Shown: positions 40,401-53,849 of the stretch, in pieces | Position numbering within the stretch: position 1 is the first letter of the stretch | Layout: every line of letters begins with the position of its first letter | Assembly (NCBI GenBank): GCA_964016885.1 | Contig: OZ024740.1 | Coordinates: forward strand, 138,260,001 to 138,324,000 | Reading direction: 5' to 3' | Length of the DNA: 64,000 nt | Source of the DNA: Eledone cirrhosa | Lineage: Eukaryota | Notes under the pieces: generated by a model | Database searches by the model: none | What the model saw: the letters and a program-made list of their open reading frames with translations, nothing else | What the model was told of the DNA's origin: nothing | Translations under genes and position numbers: made by a program

Positions 40401-43400
40401 AATTCTCTCTTTCTCTTATCACTTTTCTCTCAATCTCCAATTCTCTCTTTCTCTTATCACTTTTCTCTCAATCTCCAATTCTCCCTTTCTCTTATCACTT
40501 TTCTCTCACTCTCCAATTCTCTCTTTTTCTTATCACTTTTCTCTCAATCTCTAATTCTCTCTGTTTCTTATCACTTTTCTCTCAATCTCATATTCTCTCT
40601 TTCTCATATCACCTTTCTCTTATCACTTTTCTCTCAATCTCCAATTCTCTCTTTCTCTTATCACTTTTCTCTCAATCTCCAATTCTCTCTTTCTCTTATC
40701 ACTTTTCTCTCAATCTCCAATTCTCTCTTTCTCTTATCACTTTTCTCTCAATCTCCAATTCTCTCTGTTTCTTATCACTTTTCTCTCAATCTCCAATTCT
40801 CTCTTTCTCTTATCACTTTTCTCTCAATCTCCAATTCTCTGTTTCTCTTATCACTTTTCTCTCAATCTCCAATTCTCTCTTTCTCTTATCACTTTTCTCT
40901 CAATCTCCAATTCTCTCTTTCTCTGATCACTTTTCTCTCAATCTCCAATTCTCTCTTTCTGCTATCACTTTTCTCTCAATCTCCAATTCTCTCTTTCTCT
41001 TATCACTTTTCTCTCAATCTCCAATTCTCTCTTTCTGTTATCACTTTTCTCTTAATCTCCAATTCTCTCTTTCTCTTATCACTTTTCTCTCAATCTCCAA
41101 TTCTCTCTTTCTCTGATCACTTTTCTCTCATTCTCCAATTCTCTCTTTCTCTTATCACTTTTCTCTCAATCTCCAATTCTCTCTTTCTCTTATCACTTTT
41201 CTCTCAATCTCCAATTCTCTCTGTTTCTTATCACTTTTCTCTCAATCTCCAATTCTCTCTTTCTCTTATCACTTTTCTCTCAATCTCCAATTCTCTCTTT
41301 CTCTTATCACTTTTCTCTCAATCTCCAATTCTCTCTTTATCTTATCACTTTTCTCTCAATCTCCAATTCTCTCTTTCTCTTATCACTTTTCTCTCAATCT
41401 TCAATTCTCTTTCTCTCTTATCACTTTTCTCTCAATCTCCAATTCTCTCTTTTTCTTATCACTTTTCTCTCAATCTCTAATTCTCTCTGTTTCTTATCAC
41501 TTTTCTCTCAATCTCATATTCTCTCTTTCTCTTATTACTTTTCTCTCAATCTCCAATTCTCTCTTTCTCTTATCACTTTTCTCTCAATCTCCAATTCCCT
41601 CTCTCTCTTATGACTTTTTCCCTCAATCTCCAATTCTCTCTTTTTCTTATCACTTTTCCCTCAATCTCCAATTCTCTCTTTCTCTTATCACTTTTCTCTC
41701 AACCTCCCATTCTCTCTTTCTCTTATGACTTTTCTCTCATTCACCAATTCTCTATGTCTCTTATCACTTTTCTCTGAATCTCCAATTCTCTCTTTCTCTT
41801 ATCACTTTTCTCTCAATCTCCAATTCTCTCTTTCTCTTATCACTTTTCTCTCAATCTCCAATTCTCTTTTTCTCTTATCACTTTTCTCTCAATGTCCAAT
41901 TCTCTCTGTTTCTTATCACTTTTCTCTCAATCTCCAATTCTCTCTCTCTGTTATCACTTTTCCCCCAATCTCCCATCTCTCTCTCTCATATCACTTTTCT
42001 CACAATCTCCAATTCTCTCTTTCTCTTATCACTTTTCCCCCAATCTCCCATTCTCTCTCTCTCAGTTCACTTTTCTCTCAATCTCCAATTCTCTCTTTCT
42101 CTTATCACTTTTCTCTCAATCTCCAATTCTCTCTCTCTCTTATCACTTTCTCTCTCAATCTCCAATTCCCTCTTTTTCCTATCACTTTTCCCTCAATCTC
42201 CAATTCTCTCTTTCTCTCATCACTTTTCTCTCAATCTCCAATTCTCTCTTTCTCTTATCACTTTTCTCTCAATCTCCAATTCTCTCTTTCTCTTATCACT
42301 TTTCTCTCAATCTCCAATTCTCTCTTTCTCTTATCACTTTTCTCTCAATCTCCAATTCTCTCTTTCTCTTATCACTTTTCTCTCAATCTCCAATTCTCTC
42401 TGTTTCTTATCACTTTTCTCTCAATCTCCAATTCTATCTTTCTCATATCACTTTTCTCTCAATCTCCAATTCTCTCTTTCTCTTATCACTTTTCTCTCAA
42501 TCTCCAATTCTCTCTTTCTCTTATCGCTTTTCTCTCAATCTCCAATTCTCTCTTTCTCTGATCACTTTTCTCTCAATCTCCAATTCTCTCTTTCTCTTAT
42601 CACTTTTCTCTCAATCTCCAATTCTCTCTTTCTCTTATCACTTTTCTCTCAATCTCCAATTCTCTCTTTCTCTTATCACTTTTCTCTCAATCTCCAATTC
42701 TCTCTTTCTCTTATCACTTTTCTCTCAATCTCCAATTCTCTCTTTCTCTGATCACTTTTCTCTCAATCTCCAATTTTCTCTTTCTCTTATCACTTTTCTC
42801 TCAATCTCCAATTCTCTCTTTCTCTTATCACTTTTCTCTCAATCTCCAATTGTCTCTGTTTCTTATCACTTTTCTCTCAATCTCCAATTCTCTCTTTCTC
42901 TTATCACTTTTCTCTCAATCTCCAATTCTCTCTTTCTCTTATCACTTTTCTCTCAATCTCCAATTCTCTCTTTCTCTTATCACTTTTCTCTCAATCTCCA
43001 ATTCTCTCTTTCTCTTATCACTTTTCTCTCAATCTCCAATTCTCTCTTTCTCTGATCACTTTTCTCTCAATCTCCAATTCTCTCTTTCTCTTATCACTTT
43101 TCTCTCAATCTCCAATTCTCTCTTTCTCTTATCACTTTTCTCTCAATCTCCAATTCTCTCTTTCTCTGATCACTTTTCTCTCGATCTCCAATTCTCTCTT
43201 TTTCTTATAACTTTTCTCTCAATCTCCAATTTTCTCTTTCTCTTATCACTTTTCTCTCAATCTCCAATTCTCTCTTTCTCTTATCACTTTTCTCTCAATC
43301 TCCAATTCTCTCTGTTTCTTATCACTTTTCTCTCAATCTCCGATTCTCTCTTTCTCTTATCACTTTTCTCTCAATCTCCAATTCTCTCTTTCTCTTATCA

Positions 43401-44869
43401 CTTTTCTCTCAATCTCCAATTCTCTCTTTCTCTTATCACTTTTGTCTCAATCTCCAATTCTCTCTTTCTCTTATCACTTTTCTCTCAATCTCCAATTCTC
43501 TCTTACTCTTATCACTTTTCTCTCAATCTCCAATTCTCTCTTTCTTTCATCACTTTTCTCTCAATCTCCAATTCTCTTTTTCTCTTATTACTTTTCTCTC
43601 AATCTCCAATTCTCTCTTTCTTTCATCACTTTTCTCTCAATCTCCAATTCTCTCTCTCTCTTATCACTTTTCTCTCAATCTCCAATTCTCTCTTTCTCTT
43701 ATCACTTTTCTCTCAATCTCCAATTCTCTCTTTCTCTTATCACTTTTCTCTCAATCTCCAATTCTCTCTTTCTCTTATCACTTTTCCCCCAATCTCCAAT
43801 TCTCTCTTTCTCTTATCACTTTTCTCTCAATCTCCAATTCTCTCTTTCTGTTATCACTTTTCTCTCAATCTCCAATTCTCTCTTTCTCTGATCGCTTTTC
43901 TCTCAATCTCCAATTTTCTCTTTCTCTTATAACTTTTCTCTCAATCTCCAATTCTCTCTTTCTCTTATCACTTTTCTCTCAATCTCCAATTCTCTCTTTC
44001 TCTTATCACTTTTCTCTCAATCTCCAATTCTCTCTTTCTCTTATCACTTTTCTCTCAATCTCCAATTCTCTCTTTCTCTTATCACTTTTCTCTCAATCTC
44101 CAATTCTCTCTTTCTCTGATCACTTTTCTCTCAATCTCCAATTCTCTCTTTCTCTTATCACTTTTCTCTCAATCTCCAATTCTCTCTTTCTCTTATCACT
44201 TTTCTCTCAATCTCCAATTCTCTCTTTCTCTGATCACTTTTCTCTCAATCTCCAATTCTCTCTGTTTCTTATCACTTTTCTCTCAATCTCCAATTCTCTC
44301 TTTCTCTTATCACTTTTCTCTTAATATCCAATTCTCTCTTTCTCTTATCACTTTTCTCTCAATCTCCAATTCTCTCTTTCTCTTATCACTTTTCTCCCAA
44401 TCTCCAATTCTCTCTGTTTCTTATCACTTTTCTCTCAATCTCCAATTCTCACTTTCTCTTATCACTTTTCTCTCAATCTCCAATTCTCTCTTTCTCTTAT
44501 CACTTTTCTCTCAATCTCCAATTCTCTCTTTCTCTTATCACTTTTCTCTCAATCTCCAATTCTCTCTCTCTCTCTTATCACTTTCTCTCTCAATCTCCAA
44601 TTCTCTCTTTTTCCTATGACTTTGCCTTCAAGTTCCAATTCTCTCTTTCTCTTATCACTTTTCTCTCAATCTCCAATTCTCTCTTTCTCTTATCACTTTT
44701 CTCTCAATCTCCAATTCTCTCTTTCTCTTATCACTTTTCTCTCAATCTCCAATTCTCTCTTTCTCTTATCACTTTTCTCACAATCTCCAACTCTCTCTTT
44801 CTCTTATCACTTTTCTCTCAATCTCCAATTCTCTCTTTCTCTTATCACTTTTCTCTCAATCTCCAATTC

Positions 44870-47800
44870 TCTCTTTCTCTTGTCACTTTTCTCTCAATCT
44901 CCAATTCTCTCTTTCTCTTATCACTTTTCTCTCAATCTCCAATTCTCTCTTTCTCTTATCACTTTTCTCTCAATCTCCAATTCTCTCTTTCTCTTATCAC
45001 TTTTCTCTCAATCTCCAATTCTCTCTTTCTCTTATCACTTTTCTCTCAATCTCCAATTCTCCCTTTCTCTTATCACTTTTCTCTCACTCTCCAATTCTCT
45101 CTTTTTCTTATCACATTTCTCTCAATCTCTAATTCTATCTGTTTCTTATCACTTTTCTCTCAATCTCATATTCTCTCTTTCTCTTATTACTTTTCTCTCA
45201 ATCTCCAATTTTCTCTTTCTCATATCACTTTTCTCTCAATCTCCAATTTTCTCTTTCTCTTATCACATTTCTCTCAATCTCCACTTCTCTCTTTCTCTTA
45301 TCGCTTTTCTCTCAACCTCCCATTCTCTCTTTCTCTTATGACTTTTCTCTCAATCACCAATTCTCTCTGTCTCATATCACTTTTCTCTCAATCTCCAAAT
45401 CTCTCTTTCTCTTATCACTTTTCTCTCAATCTCCAATTCTCTCTTTCTCTTATCACTTTTCCCTCAATCTCCAATTCTCTCTTTCTCTTATCACTTTTCT
45501 CTCAATCACCAATCCTCTCTGTCTCTTATCACTTTTCTCTCAATCTCCAATTCTCTCTTTCTCTTATCACTTTTCTCTCAATCTCCAATTCTCTCTTACT
45601 CTTATCACTTTTCTCTCAATCTCCAATTCTCTCTTTCTCCCATCACTTTTCTCTCAATCTCCAATTCTCTCTTTCTCTTATCACTTTTCTCTCAATCTCC
45701 AATTCTCTCTTTCTCTTATCACCTTTCTCTCAATCTCCAATTCTCTCTTTCTCTTATCACTTTTCTCTCAATCTCCAATTCTCTCTTTCTCTTATCACTT
45801 TTCTCTCAATCTCCAATTCTCTCTTTCTCTTATCACTTTTCTCTCAATCTCCAATTCTCTCTTCTCTGATCACTTTTCTCTCAATCTCCAATTCTCTCTT
45901 TCTCTTATCACTTTTCTCTCAATCTCCAATTCTCTCTTTCTCTTATCACTTTTCTCTCAATCTCCAATTCTCTCTTTCTCTTATCACTTTTCTCTCAATC
46001 ACCAATTCTCTCTTTCTCTTATCACTTTTCTCTCAATCTCCAATTCTCTCTATCTCTCATCACTTTTCTCTCAATCTCCAATTCTCTCTTTCTCTTATCA
46101 CTTTTCTCTCAATCTCCAATTCTCTCTTTCTCTTATCACTTTTCTCTCAATCTCCAATTCTCTCTTTCTCTGATCACTTTTCTCTCAATCTCCAATTCTC
46201 TCTTTCTCTTATCACTTTTCTCTCAATCTCCAATTCTCTCTTTCTCTTATCACTTTTCTCTCAATCTCCAATTCTCTCTTTCTCTTATCACTTTTCTCTC
46301 AATCTCCAATTCTCTCTTTCTCTTATCACTTTTCTCTCAATCTCCAATTCTCTCTTTCTCTTATCACTTTTCTCTCAATCTGCAATTCTCTCTTTCTCTG
46401 ATCACTTTTCTCTCAATTTCCAATTCTCTCTTTCTCTTATCACTTTTCTCTCAATCTCCAATTCTCTCTTTCTCTTATCACTTTTCTCTCAATCTCCAAT
46501 TCTCTCTTTCTCTTATCACTTTTCTCTCAATCTCCAATTCTCTCTTTCTCTTGTCACTTTTCTCTCAATTTCCAATTCTCTCTTTCTCTTATCACTTTTC
46601 TCTCAATCTCCAATTCTCTCTTTCTCTTATCACTTTTCTCTCAATCTCCAATTCTCTCTTTCTCTTATCACTTTTCTCTCAATCTCCAATTCTCTCTTTC
46701 TCTTATCACTTTTCTCTCAATCTCCAATTCTCCCTTTCTCTTATCACTTTTCTCTCACTCTCCAATTCTCTCTTTTTCTTATCACATTTCTCTCAATCTC
46801 TAATTCTATCTGTTTCTTATCACTTTTCTCTCAATCTCATATTCTCTCTTTCTCTTATTACTTTTCTCTCAATCTCCAATTTTCTCTTTCTCATATCACT
46901 TTTCTCTCAATCTCCAATTTTCTCTTTCTCTTATCACATTTCTCTCAATCTCCACTTCTCTCTTTCTCTTATCGCTTTTCTCTCAACCTCCCATTCTCTC
47001 TTTCTCTTATGACTTTTCTCTCAATCACCAATTCTCTCTGTCTCATATCACTTTTCTCTCAATCTCCAAATCTCTCTTTCTCTTATCACTTTTCTCTCAA
47101 TCTCCAATTCTCTCTTTCTCTTATCACTTTTCCCTCAATCTCCAATTCTCTCTTTCTCTTATCACTTTTCTCTCAATCACCAATTCTCTCTGTCTCTTAT
47201 CACTTTTCTCTCAATCTCCAATTCTCTCTTTCTCTTATCACTTTTCTCTCAATCTCCAATTCTCTCTTACTCTTATCACTTTTCTCTCAATCTCCAATTC
47301 TCTCTTTCTCCCATCACTTTTCTCTCAATCTCCAATTCTCTCTTTCTCTTATCACTTTTCTCTCAATCTCCAATTCTCTCTTTCTCTTATCACCTTTCTC
47401 TCAATCTCCAATTCTCTCTTTCTCTTATCACTTTTCTCTCAATCTCCAATTCTCTCTTTCTCTTATCACTTTTCTCTCAATCTCCAATTCTCTCTTTCTC
47501 TTATCACTTTTCTCTCAATCTCCAATTCTCTCTTCTCTGATCACTTTTCTCTCAATCTCCAATTCTCTCTTTCTCTTATCACTTTTCTCTCAATCTCCAA
47601 TTCTCTCTTTCTCTTATCACTTTTCTCTCAATCTCCAATTCTCTCTTTCTCTTATCACTTTTCTCTCAATCACCAATTCTCTCTTTCTCTTATCACTTTT
47701 CTCTCAATCTCCAATTCTCTCTATCTCTCATCACTTTTCTCTCAATCTCCAATTCTCTCTTTCTCTTATCACTTTTCTCTCAATCTCCAATTCTCTCTTT

Positions 47801-50800
47801 CTCTTATCACTTTTCTCTCAATCTCCAATTCTCTCTTTCTCTGATCACTTTTCTCTCAATCTCCAATTCTCTCTTTCTCTTATCACTTTTCTCTCAATCT
47901 CCAATTCTCTCTTTCTCTTATCACTTTTCTCTCAATCTCCAATTCTCTCTTTCTCTTATCACTTTTCTCTCAATCTCCAATTCTCTCTTTCTCTTATCAC
48001 TTTTCTCTCAATCTCCAATTCTCTCTTTCTCTTATCACTTTTCTCTCAATCTGCAATTCTCTCTTTCTCTGATCACTTTTCTCTCAATTTCCAATTCTCT
48101 CTTTCTCTTATCACTTTTCTCTCAATCTCCAATTCTCTCTTTCTCTTATCACTTTTCTCTCAATCTCCAATTCTCTCTTTCTCTTATCACTTTTCTCTCA
48201 ATCTCCAATTCTCTCTTTCTCTTATCACTTTTCTCTCAATCTCCAATTCTCTCTTTCTCTTATCACTTTTCTCTCAATCTCCAATTCTCTCTTTCTCCTA
48301 TCACTTTTCTCTCAATCTCCAATTCTCCCTTTCTCTTATCACTTTTCTCTCAATCTCCAATTCTCTCTTTTTCTTATCACTTTTCTCTCAATCTCTAATT
48401 ATCTCTGTTTCTTATCACTTTTCTCTCAATCTCATATTCTCTCTTTCTCTTATTACTTTTCTCTCAATCTCCAATTCTCTCTTTGTCATATCACTTTTCT
48501 CTCAATCTCCAATTCTCTCTTTCTCTTATCACTTTTCTCTCAATCTCCAATTCTCTCTTTCTCTTATCACTTTTCTCTCAATCTCCAATTCTCCCTTTCT
48601 CTTATCACTTTTCTCTCACTCTCCAATTCTCTCTTTTTCTTATCACTTTTCTCTCAATCTCCAATTCTCTCTTTTTCTTATCACTTTTCTCTCAATCTCT
48701 AATTATCTCTGTTTCTTATCACTTTTCTCTCAATCTCATATTCTCTCTTTCTCTTATTACTTTTCTCTCAATCTCCAATTCTCTCTTTCTCATATCACTT
48801 TTCTCTCAATCTCCAATTCTCTCTTTCTCTTATCACTTTTCTCTCAATCTCCAATTCTCTCTTTCTCTTATCACTTTTCTCTCAATCTCCAATTCTCCCT
48901 TTCTCTTATCACTTTTCTCTCACTCTCCAATTCTCTCTTTTTCTTATCACATTTCTCTCAATCTCTAATTCTATCTGTTTCTTATCACTTTTCTCTCAAT
49001 CTCATATTCTCTCTTTCTCTTATTACTTTTCTCTCAATCTCCAATTTTCTCTTTCTCATATCACTTTTCTCTCAATCTCCAATTTTCTCTTTCTCTTATC
49101 ACATTTCTCTCAATCTCCACTTCTCTCTTTCTCTTATCGCTTTTCTCTCAACCTCCCATTCTCTCTTTCTCTTATGACTTTTCTCTCAATCACCAATTCT
49201 CTCTGTCTCATATCACTTTTCTCTCAATCTCCAAATCTCTCTTTCTCTTATCACTTTTCTCTCAATCTCCAATTCTCTCTTTCTCTTATCACTTTTCCCT
49301 CAATCTCCAATTCTCTCTTTCTCTTATCACTTTTCTCTCAATCACCAATTCTCTCTGTCTCTTATCACTTTTCTCTCAATCTCCAATTCTCTCTTTCTCT
49401 TATCACTTTTCTCTCAATCTCCAATTCTCTCTTACTCTTATCACTTTTCTCTCAATCTCCAATTCTCTCTTTCTCCCATCACTTTTCTCTCAATCTCCAA
49501 TTCTCTCTTTCTCTTATCACTTTTCTCTCAATCTCCAATTCTCTCTTTCTCTTATCACCTTTCTCTCAATCTCCAATTCTCTCTTTCTCTTATCACTTTT
49601 CTCTCAATCTCCAATTCTCTCTTTCTCTTATCACTTTTCTCTCAATCTCCAATTCTCTCTTTCTCTTATCACTTTTCTCTCAATCTCCAATTCTCTCTTC
49701 TCTGATCACTTTTCTCTCAATCTCCAATTCTCTCTTTCTCTTATCACTTTTCTCTCAATCTCCAATTCTCTCTTTCTCTTATCACTTTTCTCTCAATCTC
49801 CAATTCTCTCTTTCTCTTATCACTTTTCTCTCAATCACCAATTCTCTCTTTCTCTTATCACTTTTCTCTCAATCTCCAATTCTCTCTATCTCTCATCACT
49901 TTTCTCTCAATCTCCAATTCTCTCTTTCTCTTATCACTTTTCTCTCAATCTCCAATTCTCTCTTTCTCTTATCACTTTTCTCTCAATCTCCAATTCTCTC
50001 TTTCTCTGATCACTTTTCTCTCAATCTCCAATTCTCTCTTTCTCTTATCACTTTTCTCTCAATCTCCAATTCTCTCTTTCTCTTATCACTTTTCTCTCAA
50101 TCTCCAATTCTCTCTTTCTCTTATCACTTTTCTCTCAATCTCCAATTCTCTCTTTCTCTTATCACTTTTCTCTCAATCTCCAATTCTCTCTTTCTCTTAT
50201 CACTTTTCTCTCAATCTGCAATTCTCTCTTTCTCTGATCACTTTTCTCTCAATTTCCAATTCTCTCTTTCTCTTATCACTTTTCTCTCAATCTCCAATTC
50301 TCTCTTTCTCTTATCACTTTTCTCTCAATCTCCAATTCTCTCTTTCTCTTATCACTTTTCTCTCAATCTCCAATTCTCTCTTTCTCTTATCACTTTTCTC
50401 TCAATCTCCAATTCTCTCTTTCTCTTATCACTTTTCTCTCAATCTCCAATTCTCTCTTTCTCCTATCACTTTTCTCTCAATCTCCAATTCTCCCTTTCTC
50501 TTATCACTTTTCTCTCAATCTCCAATTCTCTCTTTTTCTTATCACTTTTCTCTCAATCTCTAATTATCTCTGTTTCTTATCACTTTTCTCTCAATCTCAT
50601 ATTCTCTCTTTCTCTTATTACTTTTCTCTCAATCTCCAATTCTCTCTTTCTCATATCACTTTTCTCTCAATCTCCAATTCTCTCTCCCTGTTATCACTTT
50701 TCCCCCAATCTCCCATTCTCTCTCTCTCATATCACTTTTCTCTCAATCTTCAATTTTCTTTTTCTCTTATCACATTTCTCTCAATCTCCACTTCTCTCTT

Positions 50801-52900
50801 TCTCTTATCACTTTTCTCTCAACCTCCCATTCTCTCTTTCTCTTATGACTTTTCTCTCAATCACCAATTCTCTCTGTCTCTTATCACTTTTCTCTCAATC
50901 ACCAATTCTCTCTGTCTCTTATCACTTTTCTCTCAATCTCCAAATCTCTCTTTCTCTTATCACTTTTCTCTCAATCTCCAATTCTCTCTTACTCTTATCA
51001 CTTTTCTCTCAATCTCCAATTCTCTCTTTCTCTCTTCACTTTTCTCTCAATCTCCAATTCTCTCTTTCTCTTATCACTTTTCTCTCAATCTCCAATTCTC
51101 TATTTCTCTTATCACTTTTCTCTCAATCTCCAATTCTCTCTTTCTCTTATCACTTTTCTCTCAATCTCCAATTCTCTCTTACTCTTGTCACTTTTCTCTC
51201 AATCTCCAATTCTCTCTGTCTCTTATCACTTTTCGCTCAATCTCCAATTCTCTCTTTCTCTTATCACTTTTCTCTCAATCTCCAATTCTCTCTTTCTCTT
51301 ATCACTTTTCTCTCAATCTCCAATTCTCTCTTTCTCTTATCACTTTTCTCTCAATCTCCAATTCTCTCTTTCTCTTATCACTTTTCTCTCAATCTCCAAT
51401 TCTCTCTTCTCTGATCACTTTTCTCTCAATCTCCAATTCTCTCTTTCTCTTATCACTTTTCTCTCAATCTCCAATTCTCTCTTTCTCTTATCACTTTTCT
51501 CTCAATCTCCAATTCTCTCTTTCTCTTATCACTTTTCTCTCAATCACCAATTCTCTCTTTCTCTTATCACTTTTCTCTCAATCTCCAATTCTCTCTATCT
51601 CTCATCACTTTTCTCTCAATCTCCAATTCTCTCTTTCTCTTATCACTTTTCTCTCAATCTCCAATTCTCTCTTTCTCTTATCACTTTTCTCTCAATCTCC
51701 AATTCTCTCTTTCTCTGATCACTTTTCTCTCAATCTCCAATTCTCTCTTTCTCTTATCACTTTTCTCTCAATCTCCAATTCTCTCTTTCTCTTATCACTT
51801 TTCTCTCAATCTCCAATTCTCTCTTTCTCTTATCACTTTTCTCTCAATCTCCAATTCTCTCTTTCTCTTATCACTTTTCTCTCAATCTCCAATTCTCTCT
51901 TTCTCTTATCACTTTTCTCTCAATCTGCAATTCTCTCTTTCTCTGATCACTTTTCTCTCAATTTCCAATTCTCTCTTTCTCTTATCACTTTTCTCTCAAT
52001 CTCCAATTCTCTCTTTCTCTTATCACTTTTCTCTCAATCTCCAATTCTCTCTTTCTCTTATCACTTTTCTCTCAATCTCCAATTCTCTCTTTCTCTTATC
52101 ACTTTTCTCTCAATCTCCAATTCTCTCTTTCTCTTATCACTTTTCTCTCAATCTCCAATTCTCTCTTTCTCCTATCACTTTTCTCTCAATCTCCAATTCT
52201 CCCTTTCTCTTATCACTTTTCTCTCAATCTCCAATTCTCTCTTTTTCTTATCACTTTTCTCTCAATCTCTAATTATCTCTGTTTCTTATCACTTTTCTCT
52301 CAATCTCATATTCTCTCTTTCTCTTATTACTTTTCTCTCAATCTCCAATTCTCTCTTTCTCATATCACTTTTCTCTCAATCTCCAATTCTCTCTCCCTGT
52401 TATCACTTTTCCCCCAATCTCCCATTCTCTCTCTCTCATATCACTTTTCTCTCAATCTTCAATTTTCTTTTTCTCTTATCACATTTCTCTCAATCTCCAC
52501 TTCTCTCTTTCTCTTATCACTTTTCTCTCAACCTCCCATTCTCTCTTTCTCTTATGACTTTTCTCTCAATCACCAATTCTCTCTGTCTCTTATCACTTTT
52601 CTCTCAATCACCAATTCTCTCTGTCTCTTATCACTTTTCTCTCAATCTCCAAATCTCTCTTTCTCTTATCACTTTTCTCTCAATCTCCAATTCTCTCTTA
52701 CTCTTATCACTTTTCTCTCAATCTCCAATTCTCTCTTTCTCTCTTCACTTTTCTCTCAATCTCCAATTCTCTCTTTCTCTTATCACTTTTCTCTCAATCT
52801 CCAATTCTCTATTTCTCTTATCACTTTTCTCTCAATCTCCAATTCTCTCTTTCTCTTATCACTTTTCTCTCAATCTCCAATTCTCTCTTTCTCTTATCAC
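44870..52900 (+). repeat. Four related higher-order copies of 44, 57 and 45 monomers, each carrying a 1-bp deletion
   Basis: Marker tgcaatt at 46381, 48052, 50217 and 51926 (spacings 1,671, 2,165, 1,709, each 38n-1). Deleted monomer ctcttctctgat near 45861, 47532, 49697 and 51406. Confidence 0.85.
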
Positions 52901-53849
52901 TTTTCTCTCAATCTCCAATTCTCTCTTACTCTTGTCACTTTTCTCTCAATCTCCAATTCTCTCTGTCTCTTATCACTTTTCGCTCAATCTCCAATTCTCT
53001 CTTTCTCTTATCACTTTTCTCTCAATCTCCAATTCTCTCTTTCTCTTATCACTTTTCTCTCAATCTCCAATTCTCTCTTTCTCTCATCACTTTTCTCTCA
53101 ATCTCCAATTCTCCCTTTCTCTTATCACTTTTCTCTCACTCTCCAATTCTCTCTTTTTCTTATCACTTTTCTCTCAATCTCTAATTCTATCTGTTTCTTA
53201 TCACTTTCTCTCAATCTCATATTCTCTCTTTCTCTTATTACTTTTCTCTCAATCTCCAATTCTCTCTTTCTCATATCACTTTTCTCTCAATCTCCAATTT
53301 TCTCTTTCTCTTATCACATTTCTCTCAATCTCCACTTCTCTCTTTCTCTTATCACTTTTCTCTCAACCTCCCATTCTCTCTTTCTCTTATGACTTTTCTC
53401 TCAATCACCAATTCTCTCTGTCTCATATCACTTTTCTCTCAATCTCCAAATCTCTCTTTCTCTTATCACTTTTCTCTCAATCTCCAATTCTCTCTTTCTG
53501 TTATCACTTTTCCCTCAATCTCCAATTCTCTCTTTCTCTTATCACTTTTCTCTCAATCACCAATTCTCTCTGTCTCTTATCACTTTTCTCTCAATCTCCA
53601 ATTCTCTCTTTCTCTTATCATTTTTCTCTCAATCTCCAATTCTCTCTTACTCTTATCACTTTTCTCTCAATCTCCAATTCTCTCTTTCTCTCATCACTTT
53701 TCTCTCAATCTCCAATTCTCTCTTTCTCTTATCACTTTTCTCTCAATCTCCAATTCTCTCTTTCTCTGATCACTTTTCTCTCAATCTCCAATTCTCTCTT
53801 TCTCTTATCACTTTTCTCTCAATCTCCAATTCTCTCTTTCTCTTATCAC

